This document shows, one piece after another, positions 43,826-52,903 of a stretch of DNA of 56,189 nt. Below the pieces are notes generated by a model, which was given only the letters and a program-made list of their open reading frames with translations, searched no databases and was not told the origin of the DNA. The stretch comes from an uncultured Dehalococcoidia bacterium. Its GTDB lineage: Bacteria > Chloroflexota > Dehalococcoidia > GIF9 > UBA5629. Location: assembly GCA_903929005.1 (NCBI GenBank), contig CAIYTC010000177.1, positions 1 through 56,189 on the forward strand, written 5' to 3'. A program made the position numbers and the translations under genes. The first letter of the stretch is position 1. The number at the start of each line of letters is the position of its first letter.

Positions 43826-44533
43826 TTAATACAACTTCAGCCGCAGTCCCACGTAATAAAACCCGATGACAATGAACGATACCGCCATGGCGATCCTGAC
43901 ATATTTCTCGGCTTTGCTGATCGAATTAATCCATCTGGCAGCCCCCGCCACTCCCAATGAGAGAAGCGAGCCAAAAAGCAACACCGGCAGGCCCGTCCCC
44001 AGCGCAAATAAAGCTGTCAAGCCTACGCCGCCATGTGTATTGAATGCCATCGGTATCAGCACCATGAAAAATAACAGCGCGCTATAGGGGCAGAAGGCCA
44101 GCGCCAGCACAATGCCCAGAGGCAGGGCGCCCAGCATGCCCATATCGGCCAGTTTAGCAGCGGCATTGGCCATCGCACTGCCGTGCTCACCGAAAGATAT
44201 GCGGTCGATAAAAAGCATTATCAGTCCAACGATGATCAGCAAAGGGCCGATCACCACCTCAGCGAATTCCTGCAGGAAATTAGCCACCGCCGGGATGCTC
44301 ATGCCCGCGTAGATGATCAGCATGCCCAGAACGGTATAGGTTATCATCCTGCCCAGCGTATAGAGAGCGCCGCCGGTTACGGCAAATTTACGGTCGGATA
44401 TCCTGCGGCTGATGTAGGCCACGGCTGCCAGGTTAGTTGCCAGCGTACAGGGTCCCAGCGAGGCCATGACACCCAGCATAAAGGCCGATACACCCGGCAG
44501 GTTGAGGCTGTTGGCCAGGTTTTGTATATCCAT
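43826..44533 (-). CDS. ArsG-family / CcdA(DsbD)-like membrane protein
   Basis: GPCTLATN and AFCPYS Cys motifs, YTLGR, about 6 TMs. Confidence 0.82.
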   Translation of the reverse strand: MDIQNLANSLNLPGVSAFMLGVMASLGPCTLATNLAAVAYISRRISDRKFAVTGGALYTLGRMITYTVLGMLIIYAGMSIPAVANFLQEFAEVVIGPLLIIVGLIMLFIDRISFGEHGSAMANAAAKLADMGMLGALPLGIVLALAFCPYSALLFFMVLIPMAFNTHGGVGLTALFALGTGLPVLLFGSLLSLGVAGAARWINSISKAEKYVRIAMAVSFIVIGFYYVGLRLKLY

Positions 44534-44552
44534 TATTCACCACGCGCGCATA

Positions 44553-44900
44553 TCAAGTCGTACAGGCAACGTTTTGTTTCACAGTTTTCTGCAATTTTTT
44601 TCTGTCTAACCTGGCTTCCGGCGTCTCCTCTATAGCCAACCTGACCCCCTTAATTATCTCCTGGGCATAGGCCGGCATGCCTTCGTGGTCAAGAGCGTAG
44701 TTCATCCAGATACCCTGCTTTTTGGCCTTCAGCAGCCCGGCATCATGCAATATGGAAAGGTGCCGCGATGCGCTGGGTTGGGATATGCCCAGCACCTGCA
44801 TTACCTCGCAAACACAGCATTCCCTTTCCAACAGGATATTCAGTATCCTCAACCGGGTACCATCTGAAAGCGCTTTAAACAATCTTACTGTTTCACTCAT
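44553..44900 (-). CDS. arsR: ArsR/SmtB family metalloregulator
   Basis: FKALSDGTRLRIL, ECCVCE, SQPSASRHL. Confidence 0.9.
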   Translation of the reverse strand: MSETVRLFKALSDGTRLRILNILLERECCVCEVMQVLGISQPSASRHLSILHDAGLLKAKKQGIWMNYALDHEGMPAYAQEIIKGVRLAIEETPEARLDRKKLQKTVKQNVACTT

Positions 44901-44956
44901 ATTAAAACCTCTTTGTTATGCACTGCTCTGGCAATCTTTATCATTGAGATCACAGT

Positions 44957-45003
44957 TTGACAAACAAATGCCACCGCAGTAACATATCAACATATGTTTA
45001 TAT
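44957..45003 (+). promoter_or_regulatory. arsP promoter with ArsR/SmtB-type operator
   Basis: TTGACA-17 nt-TAACAT; 20-bp near-perfect palindrome ATATCAACAT/ATGTTTATAT at 44984-45003. Confidence 0.65.
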
Positions 45004-45021
45004 ATTACTATAATTATTCTA

Positions 45022-46128
45022 ATGGTGCAAATCGTGGCCGCGAAAACTAAGGAAACCTCGTGCCATTATGATCCCACCTTCCCTGAACACTCGGGCAAGG
45101 AAAAGGGTAACCGACAATGGAAGCTCACGCTTCCTCTGGGTGCAGGCCTGGCTATCTGGGTACTGCTATACTGTTGGGTGGAACCCGCTGCCAATATCTT
45201 AACCTATTCAGTATTTCAACTCCCATCTGACAGCCGACTCGGCAGCAGCGTTGCTTTTTTCCTCTACGAGGCGCCCAAGGTTATTCTACTACTAACCGCT
45301 ATCGTCTTCGGCGTCGGCATCCTGCGTTCGTTCTTCACCCCGGAAAGCACACGACAAATGCTGGCGGGCAAACGGGAATATGTAGGCAACGTGTTAGCGG
45401 GGGGACTCGGCATCGTCACTCCTTTTTGCTCATGTTCGGCCGTGCCCCTTTTCATCGGTTTCGTCGAGACCGGGGTCCCGCTCGGGGTAACGTTTACCTT
45501 CCTCATTGCTGCCCCTATGATTAACGAGGTAGCCGTCGTCCTCCTCTTCAGCATGTTCGGCTGGAAGATAGCGCTGCTCTATGTGACAACAGGACTGTTC
45601 ATCGCCATCACCGCAGGCTGGGTGATCGGCAGGCTGAAGCTGGAAAGATACATCGAAAGCTGGGTCTTCGATATCCAGATGGGCGGCTCGCCGGAAACCG
45701 CACAGCACATTACATTTGAAGACCGGTTACAGTACGGCCTAAACGCAGTACGCGAGATAGTCGGCAAGGTCTGGCCCTACGTGCTGGCCGGGATAGCAGT
45801 GGGAGCGGTTATACACGGGTATGTACCCGAAGGCCTGATGGCTTCATTTATGGGTAAAGACGTCTGGTGGGCCGTGCCCGCGGCCGTTCTTCTTGGCATC
45901 CCCATGTATTCCAATGCGGCGGGGGTAATACCGATAATGCAAGCGCTCATGGAGAAGGGCGCAGCCCTGGGCACAACGCTGGCCTTTATGATGGCGGTCA
46001 TAGGCCTGTCCCTGCCGGAAACTATAATACTGCGAAAAGTGCTGAAGTGGCAGCTCATCACCGTATTCATAGGGGTTGTGGCTGCCGGCATTACCATCAT
46101 AGGTTACCTTTTCAATATATTGCTTTGA
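45022..46128 (+). CDS. arsP: ArsP-type (DUF318) permease
   Basis: TPFCSCSAVP, APMINE, GIPMYSNAAG, LSLPE motifs. Confidence 0.85.
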   Translation: MVQIVAAKTKETSCHYDPTFPEHSGKEKGNRQWKLTLPLGAGLAIWVLLYCWVEPAANILTYSVFQLPSDSRLGSSVAFFLYEAPKVILLLTAIVFGVGILRSFFTPESTRQMLAGKREYVGNVLAGGLGIVTPFCSCSAVPLFIGFVETGVPLGVTFTFLIAAPMINEVAVVLLFSMFGWKIALLYVTTGLFIAITAGWVIGRLKLERYIESWVFDIQMGGSPETAQHITFEDRLQYGLNAVREIVGKVWPYVLAGIAVGAVIHGYVPEGLMASFMGKDVWWAVPAAVLLGIPMYSNAAGVIPIMQALMEKGAALGTTLAFMMAVIGLSLPETIILRKVLKWQLITVFIGVVAAGITIIGYLFNILL

Positions 46129-46157
46129 ATAATCATCAGGCAGAAAGGAGTGTGAAT

Positions 46158-46409
46158 ATGGATATCAAAGTACTGGGCCCCGGCTGTGCCAAATGCCAGA
46201 GCCTGGAAAAAACGGTTAAAGAAGTTGTGGCCGCCCTCAAGCTCGATATCAAAGTCGAAGAGATAAAGGACATGAAGAAGATCATGCAGTACCCCATCCT
46301 GATGACGCCCGGCCTGGTAATCAACGAGAAAGTCGTTATGAGCGGCAAGGTCCCGTCCAAAGCTGAAGTCGAGCGTTTAATAATGAATGCTCTTGATGCC
46401 GAAGCCTGA
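46158..46409 (+). CDS. Small thioredoxin-family protein (MTH895/ArsE-like)
   Basis: MDIKVLGPGCAKC...TPGLVIN; AAAGGAG RBS; true start lies inside the longer ORF-track call. Confidence 0.9.
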   Translation: MDIKVLGPGCAKCQSLEKTVKEVVAALKLDIKVEEIKDMKKIMQYPILMTPGLVINEKVVMSGKVPSKAEVERLIMNALDAEA

Positions 46410-46534
46410 CGGACAAAACAGGTTATTACTTAGCCTTCACACAAAATTCACATTCATAATTTATACTGATATGGCACGTTATGAAGTAAGGCAAAATCAG
46501 GCAATTATCTCAACAAGGAGGAACATAATCTCAG

Positions 46535-47119
46535 ATGGTAAACTCATTTAAGAGCTTAATCCCGCCGTTATTGCTGGCAGGAATTATCCTTCTGGCCGGC
46601 TGTTCAGGTTCGCCTTCAAACCCCGCCCCGCCGCCAGTTCAAACACCGGTCCAGGCGGCTAACCAGCCTGCTGTGCAACAGCCTGCCCAATCTCCGTCCG
46701 GGCAAAATCCGGCGTCAGGAGCGGGCACTGCGGATAACGTTACTACCGTTGCCGGGCAGCCGCAATCCCCTCAGCCCAATCGTGTAGATGTCATTTATTT
46801 TCACGTGAACCAGCGCTGTGTGACCTGTCTGTGTTTCGAAGAACGTGTCAACCATGTTATCGAAGCGTACTTTGGCGATGATATAAACAACGGCAGGTTG
46901 ACCTACAGGGTGTTGAACGCACAGCAGCAGCAGAATGCCGGCATCGCCAAAACGTACGGCGTTGTAGGCTCACAGTTGTTTATAAACACAGTCGTCAACG
47001 GTAAAGACAGTATCAAAGATATCCAGGATATCTGGAAATGGAATTGCAGGTATAACGCGCCAAGCTTTGACCTTAAAGTGAGGAGTGTCATCGACTACAG
47101 CCTGAAAGGGCTCAAGTAA
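46535..47119 (+). CDS. ArsF-like thioredoxin-fold lipoprotein
   Basis: Lipobox LAGC, Pro/Gln-rich tether, VIYFHVNQRCVTC motif. Confidence 0.8.
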   Translation: MVNSFKSLIPPLLLAGIILLAGCSGSPSNPAPPPVQTPVQAANQPAVQQPAQSPSGQNPASGAGTADNVTTVAGQPQSPQPNRVDVIYFHVNQRCVTCLCFEERVNHVIEAYFGDDINNGRLTYRVLNAQQQQNAGIAKTYGVVGSQLFINTVVNGKDSIKDIQDIWKWNCRYNAPSFDLKVRSVIDYSLKGLK

Positions 47120-47838
47120 TGGATCTCTCAGCTTTATCGGCAAGTACGGGCATACCTGCCCTGTCGGCCTTTTTTCTCGGGTTAATGGCCACCATCGGGC
47201 CCTGTACCATGGCTACCAATATAGCCGCCCTGGCCTACGTGGGGCGCAACCTGACGAACCGCAAATACTCTGTAGTGACGGCGGCACTATACACGCTGGG
47301 AAGGATGCTGACCTATACAGTACTGGGCGCCCTGATTATTTACCTCGGACTGGGTATCCCCGGTGTTTCCTTATTTCTGCAGGATATCGGTGAAAAGGCC
47401 CTCGGACCGTTCCTGATCGTAATAGGATTGCTGATGCTTTTCATTGATAAAATCTCTTTCGGCGGCGCCGGCAACAGCCTGTCCAATATCGGTGGGAAGG
47501 TGGCAGACTGGGGCATGATCGGGGGACTTCCCCTGGGCGCGCTCTTTGCCTTGGCCTTCTGCCCCTACAGCGCAGTGCTGTTTTTTGCTGTTTTGCTGCC
47601 GTTAGCGTTAAAATCTGCAGGCGGCATTACCCTGCCGGCCTTTTTTGCTATAGGCACGGGCTTGCCGGTTTTGCTTTTCGGAATACTGCTCTCATTTGGG
47701 GTGGCCGGCATCTCAAAGTGGGTGGAGGCAATTTCGCGCAGCGAAAAGGTAATACGTATTGTGATCGCCGTTATATTCATTGGCATAGGGATTTACTATA
47801 TGCTGCCCTGGCTGGGAACGTTATTCACAGCTAACTAA
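47119..47838 (+). CDS. ArsG-family / CcdA-like membrane protein (second copy)
   Basis: GPCTMATN and AFCPYS; coupled to the upstream gene via TAATG. Confidence 0.82.
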   Translation: MDLSALSASTGIPALSAFFLGLMATIGPCTMATNIAALAYVGRNLTNRKYSVVTAALYTLGRMLTYTVLGALIIYLGLGIPGVSLFLQDIGEKALGPFLIVIGLLMLFIDKISFGGAGNSLSNIGGKVADWGMIGGLPLGALFALAFCPYSAVLFFAVLLPLALKSAGGITLPAFFAIGTGLPVLLFGILLSFGVAGISKWVEAISRSEKVIRIVIAVIFIGIGIYYMLPWLGTLFTAN

Positions 47839-47848
47839 TTCTCATGGG

Positions 47849-48571
47849 GTGAACATTATGCAACAATTTCATATTGCAGGAAGGGCAGCCCTGATATTAA
47901 TTGCACTTGTGCTTTCAGTACAGTTGTCCTGTTCTCCAACTGATAACATAGTTAATCATCAAAATCACGCGCCCGTTATTGAAAAAATCAATTATGATAA
48001 GACTACCTATCACAACAGAGCAGCTAAAATAGAATGCATTGCGACCGATATTGATAGCGACAACCTGACATATGCATGGGAAGCCAGGGATGGCAAAATT
48101 ACAGGCGAAGGCAAGAGCGTTTTATGGACGCCTCCCGGCAATATACAGAATTACCCGATAACGCTCACGGTTACTGATGGGAAAGGGGGAGAGTCAAAAA
48201 AGACTATATATATCCTGGTCGTTACCAATGCGGATGGCACCAATACAACAAATATTGAGTTGAATTTAAAATTAAGGGACAACACTACAGTGGTAATTGA
48301 CAATCAACGTGTTGGGATATGGAAAACAGCCAACCTCTTTTGTGTCGTAGAAAATGCCAAAGAAAGTGATCTTATATACAAATGGTCTGCGGACTGCGGG
48401 AGGATACAGGAGAACACGGGCCCGGCAAATAAGCTAAGTTGGATTGCCCCCGGCGCACAAAGCAATTGTACTGTCGCGGTCACGGCCACCGATACTGAAA
48501 CGGGCAGTGAGGCCAAAGGGCAGGTAAAATTTAATGTATTTTGTTGCGGCAAGGAATTAACTGGAGATTGA
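47849..48571 (+). CDS. Lipoprotein with two Ig-like (PKD-like) domains and C-terminal FCC
   Basis: Lipobox QLSC; NHAP..DIDSDNLTYAW..VTDGKGG; linker VVTNADGT; ends VFCCGKELTGD. Confidence 0.75.
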   Translation: MNIMQQFHIAGRAALILIALVLSVQLSCSPTDNIVNHQNHAPVIEKINYDKTTYHNRAAKIECIATDIDSDNLTYAWEARDGKITGEGKSVLWTPPGNIQNYPITLTVTDGKGGESKKTIYILVVTNADGTNTTNIELNLKLRDNTTVVIDNQRVGIWKTANLFCVVENAKESDLIYKWSADCGRIQENTGPANKLSWIAPGAQSNCTVAVTATDTETGSEAKGQVKFNVFCCGKELTGD

Positions 48572-48575
48572 AGAG

Positions 48576-49295
48576 ATGTATATTATGAAACCATCAAATT
48601 TTACAGGCTGGATATCCGCAGTGCTGCTTACAGTTATGCTTGCCCTGCAATTAGCCTGCGCGCCGCCAACGCCCGAGGTCAAGCAGCCAAACCAGGCGCC
48701 CGTGATTGAAAATATAAATTATGCCAGGGATGCCTTTGGCACGTCCGAGGTCCAGATTGAATGCCTGGCAAAGGATGCCGACAGTGATAACCTGACCTAT
48801 CAATGGGCAGCGGAAGCTGGTGAAATCAGGGGCAGGGGGGAGAGAATACTGTGGATGCCGCCCGGCAAGATGGGAACTTATCCCATTACGCTGGTGGTTA
48901 CTGATAGCAAAGGAGGCGTGGCCACGGAAAATATCAGCATCCGGGTTGTCACCAATGCGGACGGCACTGCCACGCCCCTGGTGGAGCTGAAGTTAAAGAT
49001 GGGAGATGCTGAGACACCCACAGTATATAAACAGCGTATCCGGTCCTGGTTTGAAATTGACATCCTCTGCATTGTGGAGGACGCCGGCAGCGCAGGTGAT
49101 TTGATGTATACGTGGTCCGCCACAGGCGGCGAGATGAAGGGCAAGGGTTTGGAAGAAGGCAAAGCGAATAGGATCAAGTGGAAGGCACCGGGTGTAAAAG
49201 GCGACTATACTGTAAGCATTACAGTTAAAGATAGCGCGGGCAAGGAGGCGGATGGCCAGGTCATTGTTACTGTTTTTTGCTGCGGCGACTCATAA
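48576..49295 (+). CDS. Lipoprotein with two Ig-like domains and C-terminal FCC
   Basis: Lipobox QLAC; NQAP..DADSDNLTYQW; VVTNADGT; ends VFCCGDS. Confidence 0.78.
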   Translation: MYIMKPSNFTGWISAVLLTVMLALQLACAPPTPEVKQPNQAPVIENINYARDAFGTSEVQIECLAKDADSDNLTYQWAAEAGEIRGRGERILWMPPGKMGTYPITLVVTDSKGGVATENISIRVVTNADGTATPLVELKLKMGDAETPTVYKQRIRSWFEIDILCIVEDAGSAGDLMYTWSATGGEMKGKGLEEGKANRIKWKAPGVKGDYTVSITVKDSAGKEADGQVIVTVFCCGDS

Positions 49296-49331
49296 GGATA
49301 TAAGCGCAGAATTAATCAAGGCAGGGATAAA

Positions 49332-50018
49332 TTGAGAATATGCATTTTCACCGTGGGTCTGTTAAGCGCACTGCTGATATCAGGATGTAGCATTATCAAT
49401 ATACCCAAACCAGCTCCCAATAATAACCCCCTGATCGAATCGGTTACCTGCACCAAAGATGTGTGGGCTTTAGCGGAAAATGAAATGGTCTGCCAGGCGA
49501 GTGACCCCGATGGCGACAGCCCCCAGTATGAATGGTCAACCGGTAGCGGGAAAATAATCGGGACGGGAGCAAGAATGATGTGGGTTTCACCGAATACCAT
49601 GGGTGATTACGACGTTACAGTAAGGGTATCCGATGGAAAAGGGGGAGAGGCGAAACAGACTGTCTCTATACGTGTGCTTACTAATGCTGACGGTACAACC
49701 GCGCAACCAATTACTCTGAAAATTTTCTTACCGTCTACCGAGATTGTATCCGAGAATAGGACTACCAAGGTCGGGACGGCGACAAAAATAACCTGCGCCG
49801 TTAATAATGCAGCAGGCAAGAAATTGAGCTATGCATGGACTGCCAGCGGAGGCAAACTAAAGGGCAAAGGCATAGATGATAAAACTTGTGCGGTTGTTTT
49901 CTGGACCGCACCCGCGCTTACACAGATATATACTGTGAACGTTGCTATCAGGGATGAGCAGGGCAATGAAGCGCGGGGGCAAGTGATTTTCGACGTGTTT
50001 TGCTGTCCGAGGAATTAG
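49332..50018 (+). CDS. Lipoprotein with two Ig-like domains and C-terminal FCC
   Basis: Lipobox ISGC; DPDGD..YEW..VSDGKGG; VLTNADGT; ends VFCCPRN. Confidence 0.78.
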   Translation: MRICIFTVGLLSALLISGCSIINIPKPAPNNNPLIESVTCTKDVWALAENEMVCQASDPDGDSPQYEWSTGSGKIIGTGARMMWVSPNTMGDYDVTVRVSDGKGGEAKQTVSIRVLTNADGTTAQPITLKIFLPSTEIVSENRTTKVGTATKITCAVNNAAGKKLSYAWTASGGKLKGKGIDDKTCAVVFWTAPALTQIYTVNVAIRDEQGNEARGQVIFDVFCCPRN

Positions 50019-50151
50019 AAGGCCAGGTAATAGTCGTATAAGCACCTGACGCATTTAACAAATTTTTATGTGGGACTCCGCCTTATTTTGCTCTGTCTGC
50101 TTGCATATGCGCCGCCTCAAAAATAGGCCGGGTTGCTCGTGACATACCAGG

Positions 50152-50679
50152 CTATTGCCCCTTTCCTTCAAGGACCTGGCCCAGCTTGACCCTGATGAAG
50201 TCCACCAGCCTGTCCTTATTGGCGTCCCCGGTCATCTCCCAGATTGCGTCGACGGGATACAGTCGCTCGCTATCGCCGCGGACCTCCCTGATGAAAAGTG
50301 AAAAGACCATGGCATCGTATTTTTTCAGCAGAGCGGCATTGGCCGGGTCGTCGGAAACAATCATGGTCAGCGTAACACGCCCGCTGGCAACCTCTTCCTC
50401 GAAATAGGTATCAACAGCGTATTTGATGTTATCGCCCACCACAGCCATGCAAGGGCAGGGGTTCTTAGTATGGAAATAAATCAGCTCCACCCTGTCAGGC
50501 TTGAGCGGCTTTATCGACAGGGTAATCGAGGTGTTCTCCACCAGGATAACAGTGGTTCCATTTTCGGCGGCGGCGTTTCCCCTGCCCGCCGGTGCGGCCG
50601 CCGTCCCGCCGCAGGCCATTGCCGACACACTAAAAGCGAGACAGACTGCCCATAATGAAATTATAAAATCTCTCTTCAT
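50152..50679 (-). CDS. ArsF-like thioredoxin-fold lipoprotein with CxC variant motif
   Basis: Lipobox AMAC; DRVELIYFHTKNPCPCM, paralogous to NRVDVIYFHVNQRCVTC. Confidence 0.72.
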   Translation of the reverse strand: MKRDFIISLWAVCLAFSVSAMACGGTAAAPAGRGNAAAENGTTVILVENTSITLSIKPLKPDRVELIYFHTKNPCPCMAVVGDNIKYAVDTYFEEEVASGRVTLTMIVSDDPANAALLKKYDAMVFSLFIREVRGDSERLYPVDAIWEMTGDANKDRLVDFIRVKLGQVLEGKGQ

Positions 50680-50770
50680 TTCTATCTTTCCTAATTTAGC
50701 CGGTTACATATATTTTTAGGTATTTATTTAAAACTATAGTACAGGCCGGCCAGGATATCAATTTATCCCC

Positions 50771-50799
50771 TTGACAAATAATGGGGCAATTATTATATT
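50771..50799 (+). promoter_or_regulatory. marR promoter with embedded inverted repeat (probable autoregulatory operator)
   Basis: TTGACA-17 nt-TATATT; AATAAT-N6-ATTATT at 50777-50794. Confidence 0.6.
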
Positions 50800-50839
50800 G
50801 TATGCAAAATATCTGTGTTAAAATTATTCAGGTAAAGCT

Positions 50840-51265
50840 ATGTACGACGCCCGTGAGCACATCTGTTTTAATGTCGGCAGGGTAATGCGCAAGGTTTACG
50901 AGCACTACGACTCGCGCCTGGCGCCCTTCAACCTCACCACGCCCCAGTACATGGTCTTCGCCGCGCTGTGGATGGGTGACGGCATCACCATCGGCGAACT
51001 CGGACAGCTCGTCTCGCTGGACGGCTCCACCATCACCGGCATCCTCGACCGCATGGAAAAGAACGGCTACGTGGAACGCCGTCCGAATGCCGAAGACCGC
51101 CGCTCCGCTCTGGTGCACCTCACGGAAAAAGCCCGCGGGGTGGGCCCGCAGATAATCAAATTCGCCGACGAACTCGATGACACTATAAGAAAACGCTTTT
51201 CGTCCCAAGACATGGTTGTCTTCGAGCACGTCTTGCACGAACTGGCGGAACCCCAGCATAGTTAA
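50840..51265 (+). CDS. MarR family transcriptional regulator
   Basis: LTTPQY, STITGILDRMEKNGYVER, EDRRS..VHLTEK. Confidence 0.93.
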   Translation: MYDAREHICFNVGRVMRKVYEHYDSRLAPFNLTTPQYMVFAALWMGDGITIGELGQLVSLDGSTITGILDRMEKNGYVERRPNAEDRRSALVHLTEKARGVGPQIIKFADELDDTIRKRFSSQDMVVFEHVLHELAEPQHS

Positions 51266-51311
51266 GTAATCGCGCAGTCGTCCAATTCAGTTCGATGGGA
51301 GGAGCAGTATC

Positions 51312-52529
51312 ATGGACGCCAATCAACGCCAACTGACAGATCAGGACCACGAAATATATGCCAGGCTCATTGACTGGCTCAAGCAGAGCTGGTACGGCGT
51401 GCCTGATTCCGACGTCCTGCTGCCCTATGTAGCCGCGCGCTACACCCCCGCAGAAGCAACACTGCTCACCGGCATGCCATTTGCGCCCAAAACCCTGGCT
51501 GAGCTTGCGGATTTAACTAAAACCAGCGCCGATATTCTTGGCCCGAAACTGGACTCTCTGGCCGCCAGGGGACTTGTCTACAAGCAGGTCAAGGATGGCA
51601 ACGTTCGCTACCATCTTCACGATATTTTCACCATTTACCGCGGCTTCGGCTGGCCCGGCCGCCGCGACGAGTATGACCAGGCAGTCGGGCCGCTTCAGCA
51701 CAAATACATTACCGGCGGATTAATGTCACCCTGGCGGAACGTAAAGGAGAAAGGGTTGCGCGTGCTGCCGGTGGAGGCCACCATCGAGGACACCCGCGGC
51801 GTGCTGCCGTATGAGGAAGTGCGCAAGATACTGGATAAGGTCGAATACTTCACCGTCAGCCACTGTCCCTGCCGTCATGCCAATAACCTGGATCCCGACT
51901 CACCTGATTGCCGTTACCCCACCGAGGTCTGCCTGCATTTCGACAGGCTGGGACACTACATCGTAGAAAACGGCCTGGGACGCGAGATAACCCGACAGGA
52001 GACTGAGGAGATACTCAGGCGTTCAGCCGAACTGGGCCTCATCCACGGCATCTCCAACCAGCAGGAGAAGCCGGATACCATCTGCAACTGCTGCCGCGAC
52101 TGCTGCATCTGGTTCCTGGCCCTGAACAAATACGGGCACAACGGCAGCCTCACCCCTTCCAACTTCCGCGTCACAGTCCAGCAGTCCACCTGCACTGGCT
52201 GTGGTTTATGCGTCAAGCGCTGCCCCATGGAAGCCCTGCATTTAACCGATGCGCCGCAGGTCAAAGGACGCAAGACCACGGTAACAACCAGGGACGGCAG
52301 GCAACGGGAGCTTACCAACAAGACCGGCAAAATTGCCGGGCTTAATCCCGAACGCTGCATCGGCTGCGGCGTGTGCGCCTTTAAATGCCCGTCGCAATCG
52401 CTTACACCGGCGCGCAACCAGGTTGAGCATCACCCCCCGCAGACCGGGCGCGATTGGATAACGCAGTTCATCGCCGATACCAGGGCAACACCTACCGAAG
52501 GACACCGGGAACCACCGCGAACCGTATGA
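51312..52529 (+). CDS. 4Fe-4S dicluster protein with N-terminal wHTH-like region and Cys-rich middle domain
   Basis: CPCRH, ICNCCRDCC, CTGCGLCVKRCP, CIGCGVCAFKCP; GGAGG RBS. Confidence 0.85.
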   Translation: MDANQRQLTDQDHEIYARLIDWLKQSWYGVPDSDVLLPYVAARYTPAEATLLTGMPFAPKTLAELADLTKTSADILGPKLDSLAARGLVYKQVKDGNVRYHLHDIFTIYRGFGWPGRRDEYDQAVGPLQHKYITGGLMSPWRNVKEKGLRVLPVEATIEDTRGVLPYEEVRKILDKVEYFTVSHCPCRHANNLDPDSPDCRYPTEVCLHFDRLGHYIVENGLGREITRQETEEILRRSAELGLIHGISNQQEKPDTICNCCRDCCIWFLALNKYGHNGSLTPSNFRVTVQQSTCTGCGLCVKRCPMEALHLTDAPQVKGRKTTVTTRDGRQRELTNKTGKIAGLNPERCIGCGVCAFKCPSQSLTPARNQVEHHPPQTGRDWITQFIADTRATPTEGHREPPRTV

Positions 52530-52572
52530 CCCGGCGCCAAACCATCCTCTTTTTTCGATGGCCGCTTACGGC

Positions 52573-52602
52573 TTGACATTAGTACACTTGTTCTATTATA
52601 AT
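52573..52602 (+). promoter_or_regulatory. Sigma70 promoter with LexA (SOS) box in the spacer
   Basis: TTGACA-18 nt-TATAAT; AGTAC-ACTT-GTTCT at 52581-52594, one mismatch from AGAAC-N4-GTTCT. Confidence 0.75.
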
Positions 52603-52636
52603 CCCTGTGCATCGTTAGAAAAGGGGGTCATGCGCG

Positions 52637-52885
52637 GTGTCCAGGTATATTGACGAACCTATAACCGTCCATATCAGCAAAGAATTCAAGCCGACCGCCT
52701 TCATCTGGCGCAAGCGCCTCTACCGGGTCATAGAGATCCTCTCCTGGTGGCGTGAAGCCTCGGACTGGTGGGACGGCGAGCCGGTAAGGATGCTCATCCG
52801 CGTCACCGCCGAGTGCAGGGGCCCGGCTACCTTCGAGCTCTGCAGGCACGGCGCAGACTGGTCCCTGCGCCGCCTTCTCGACTGA
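52637..52885 (+). CDS. Small Trp-rich protein (DUF6504 / ImuB C-terminal-like)
   Basis: FIWRKRLYRV..WWREASDWWDG..FEL..W.L..LLD; directly upstream of dnaE2. Confidence 0.78.
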   Translation: MSRYIDEPITVHISKEFKPTAFIWRKRLYRVIEILSWWREASDWWDGEPVRMLIRVTAECRGPATFELCRHGADWSLRRLLD

Positions 52886-52903
52886 TTTTGCGGGGCATCA
52901 GCC

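Noticed and set aside
46158-48571. Selenocysteine read-through at TGA stops in the redox/ars genes
   Set aside because: The TGA codons fall at natural protein ends, the Cys motifs are complete, and no homologous sequence continues beyond the stops
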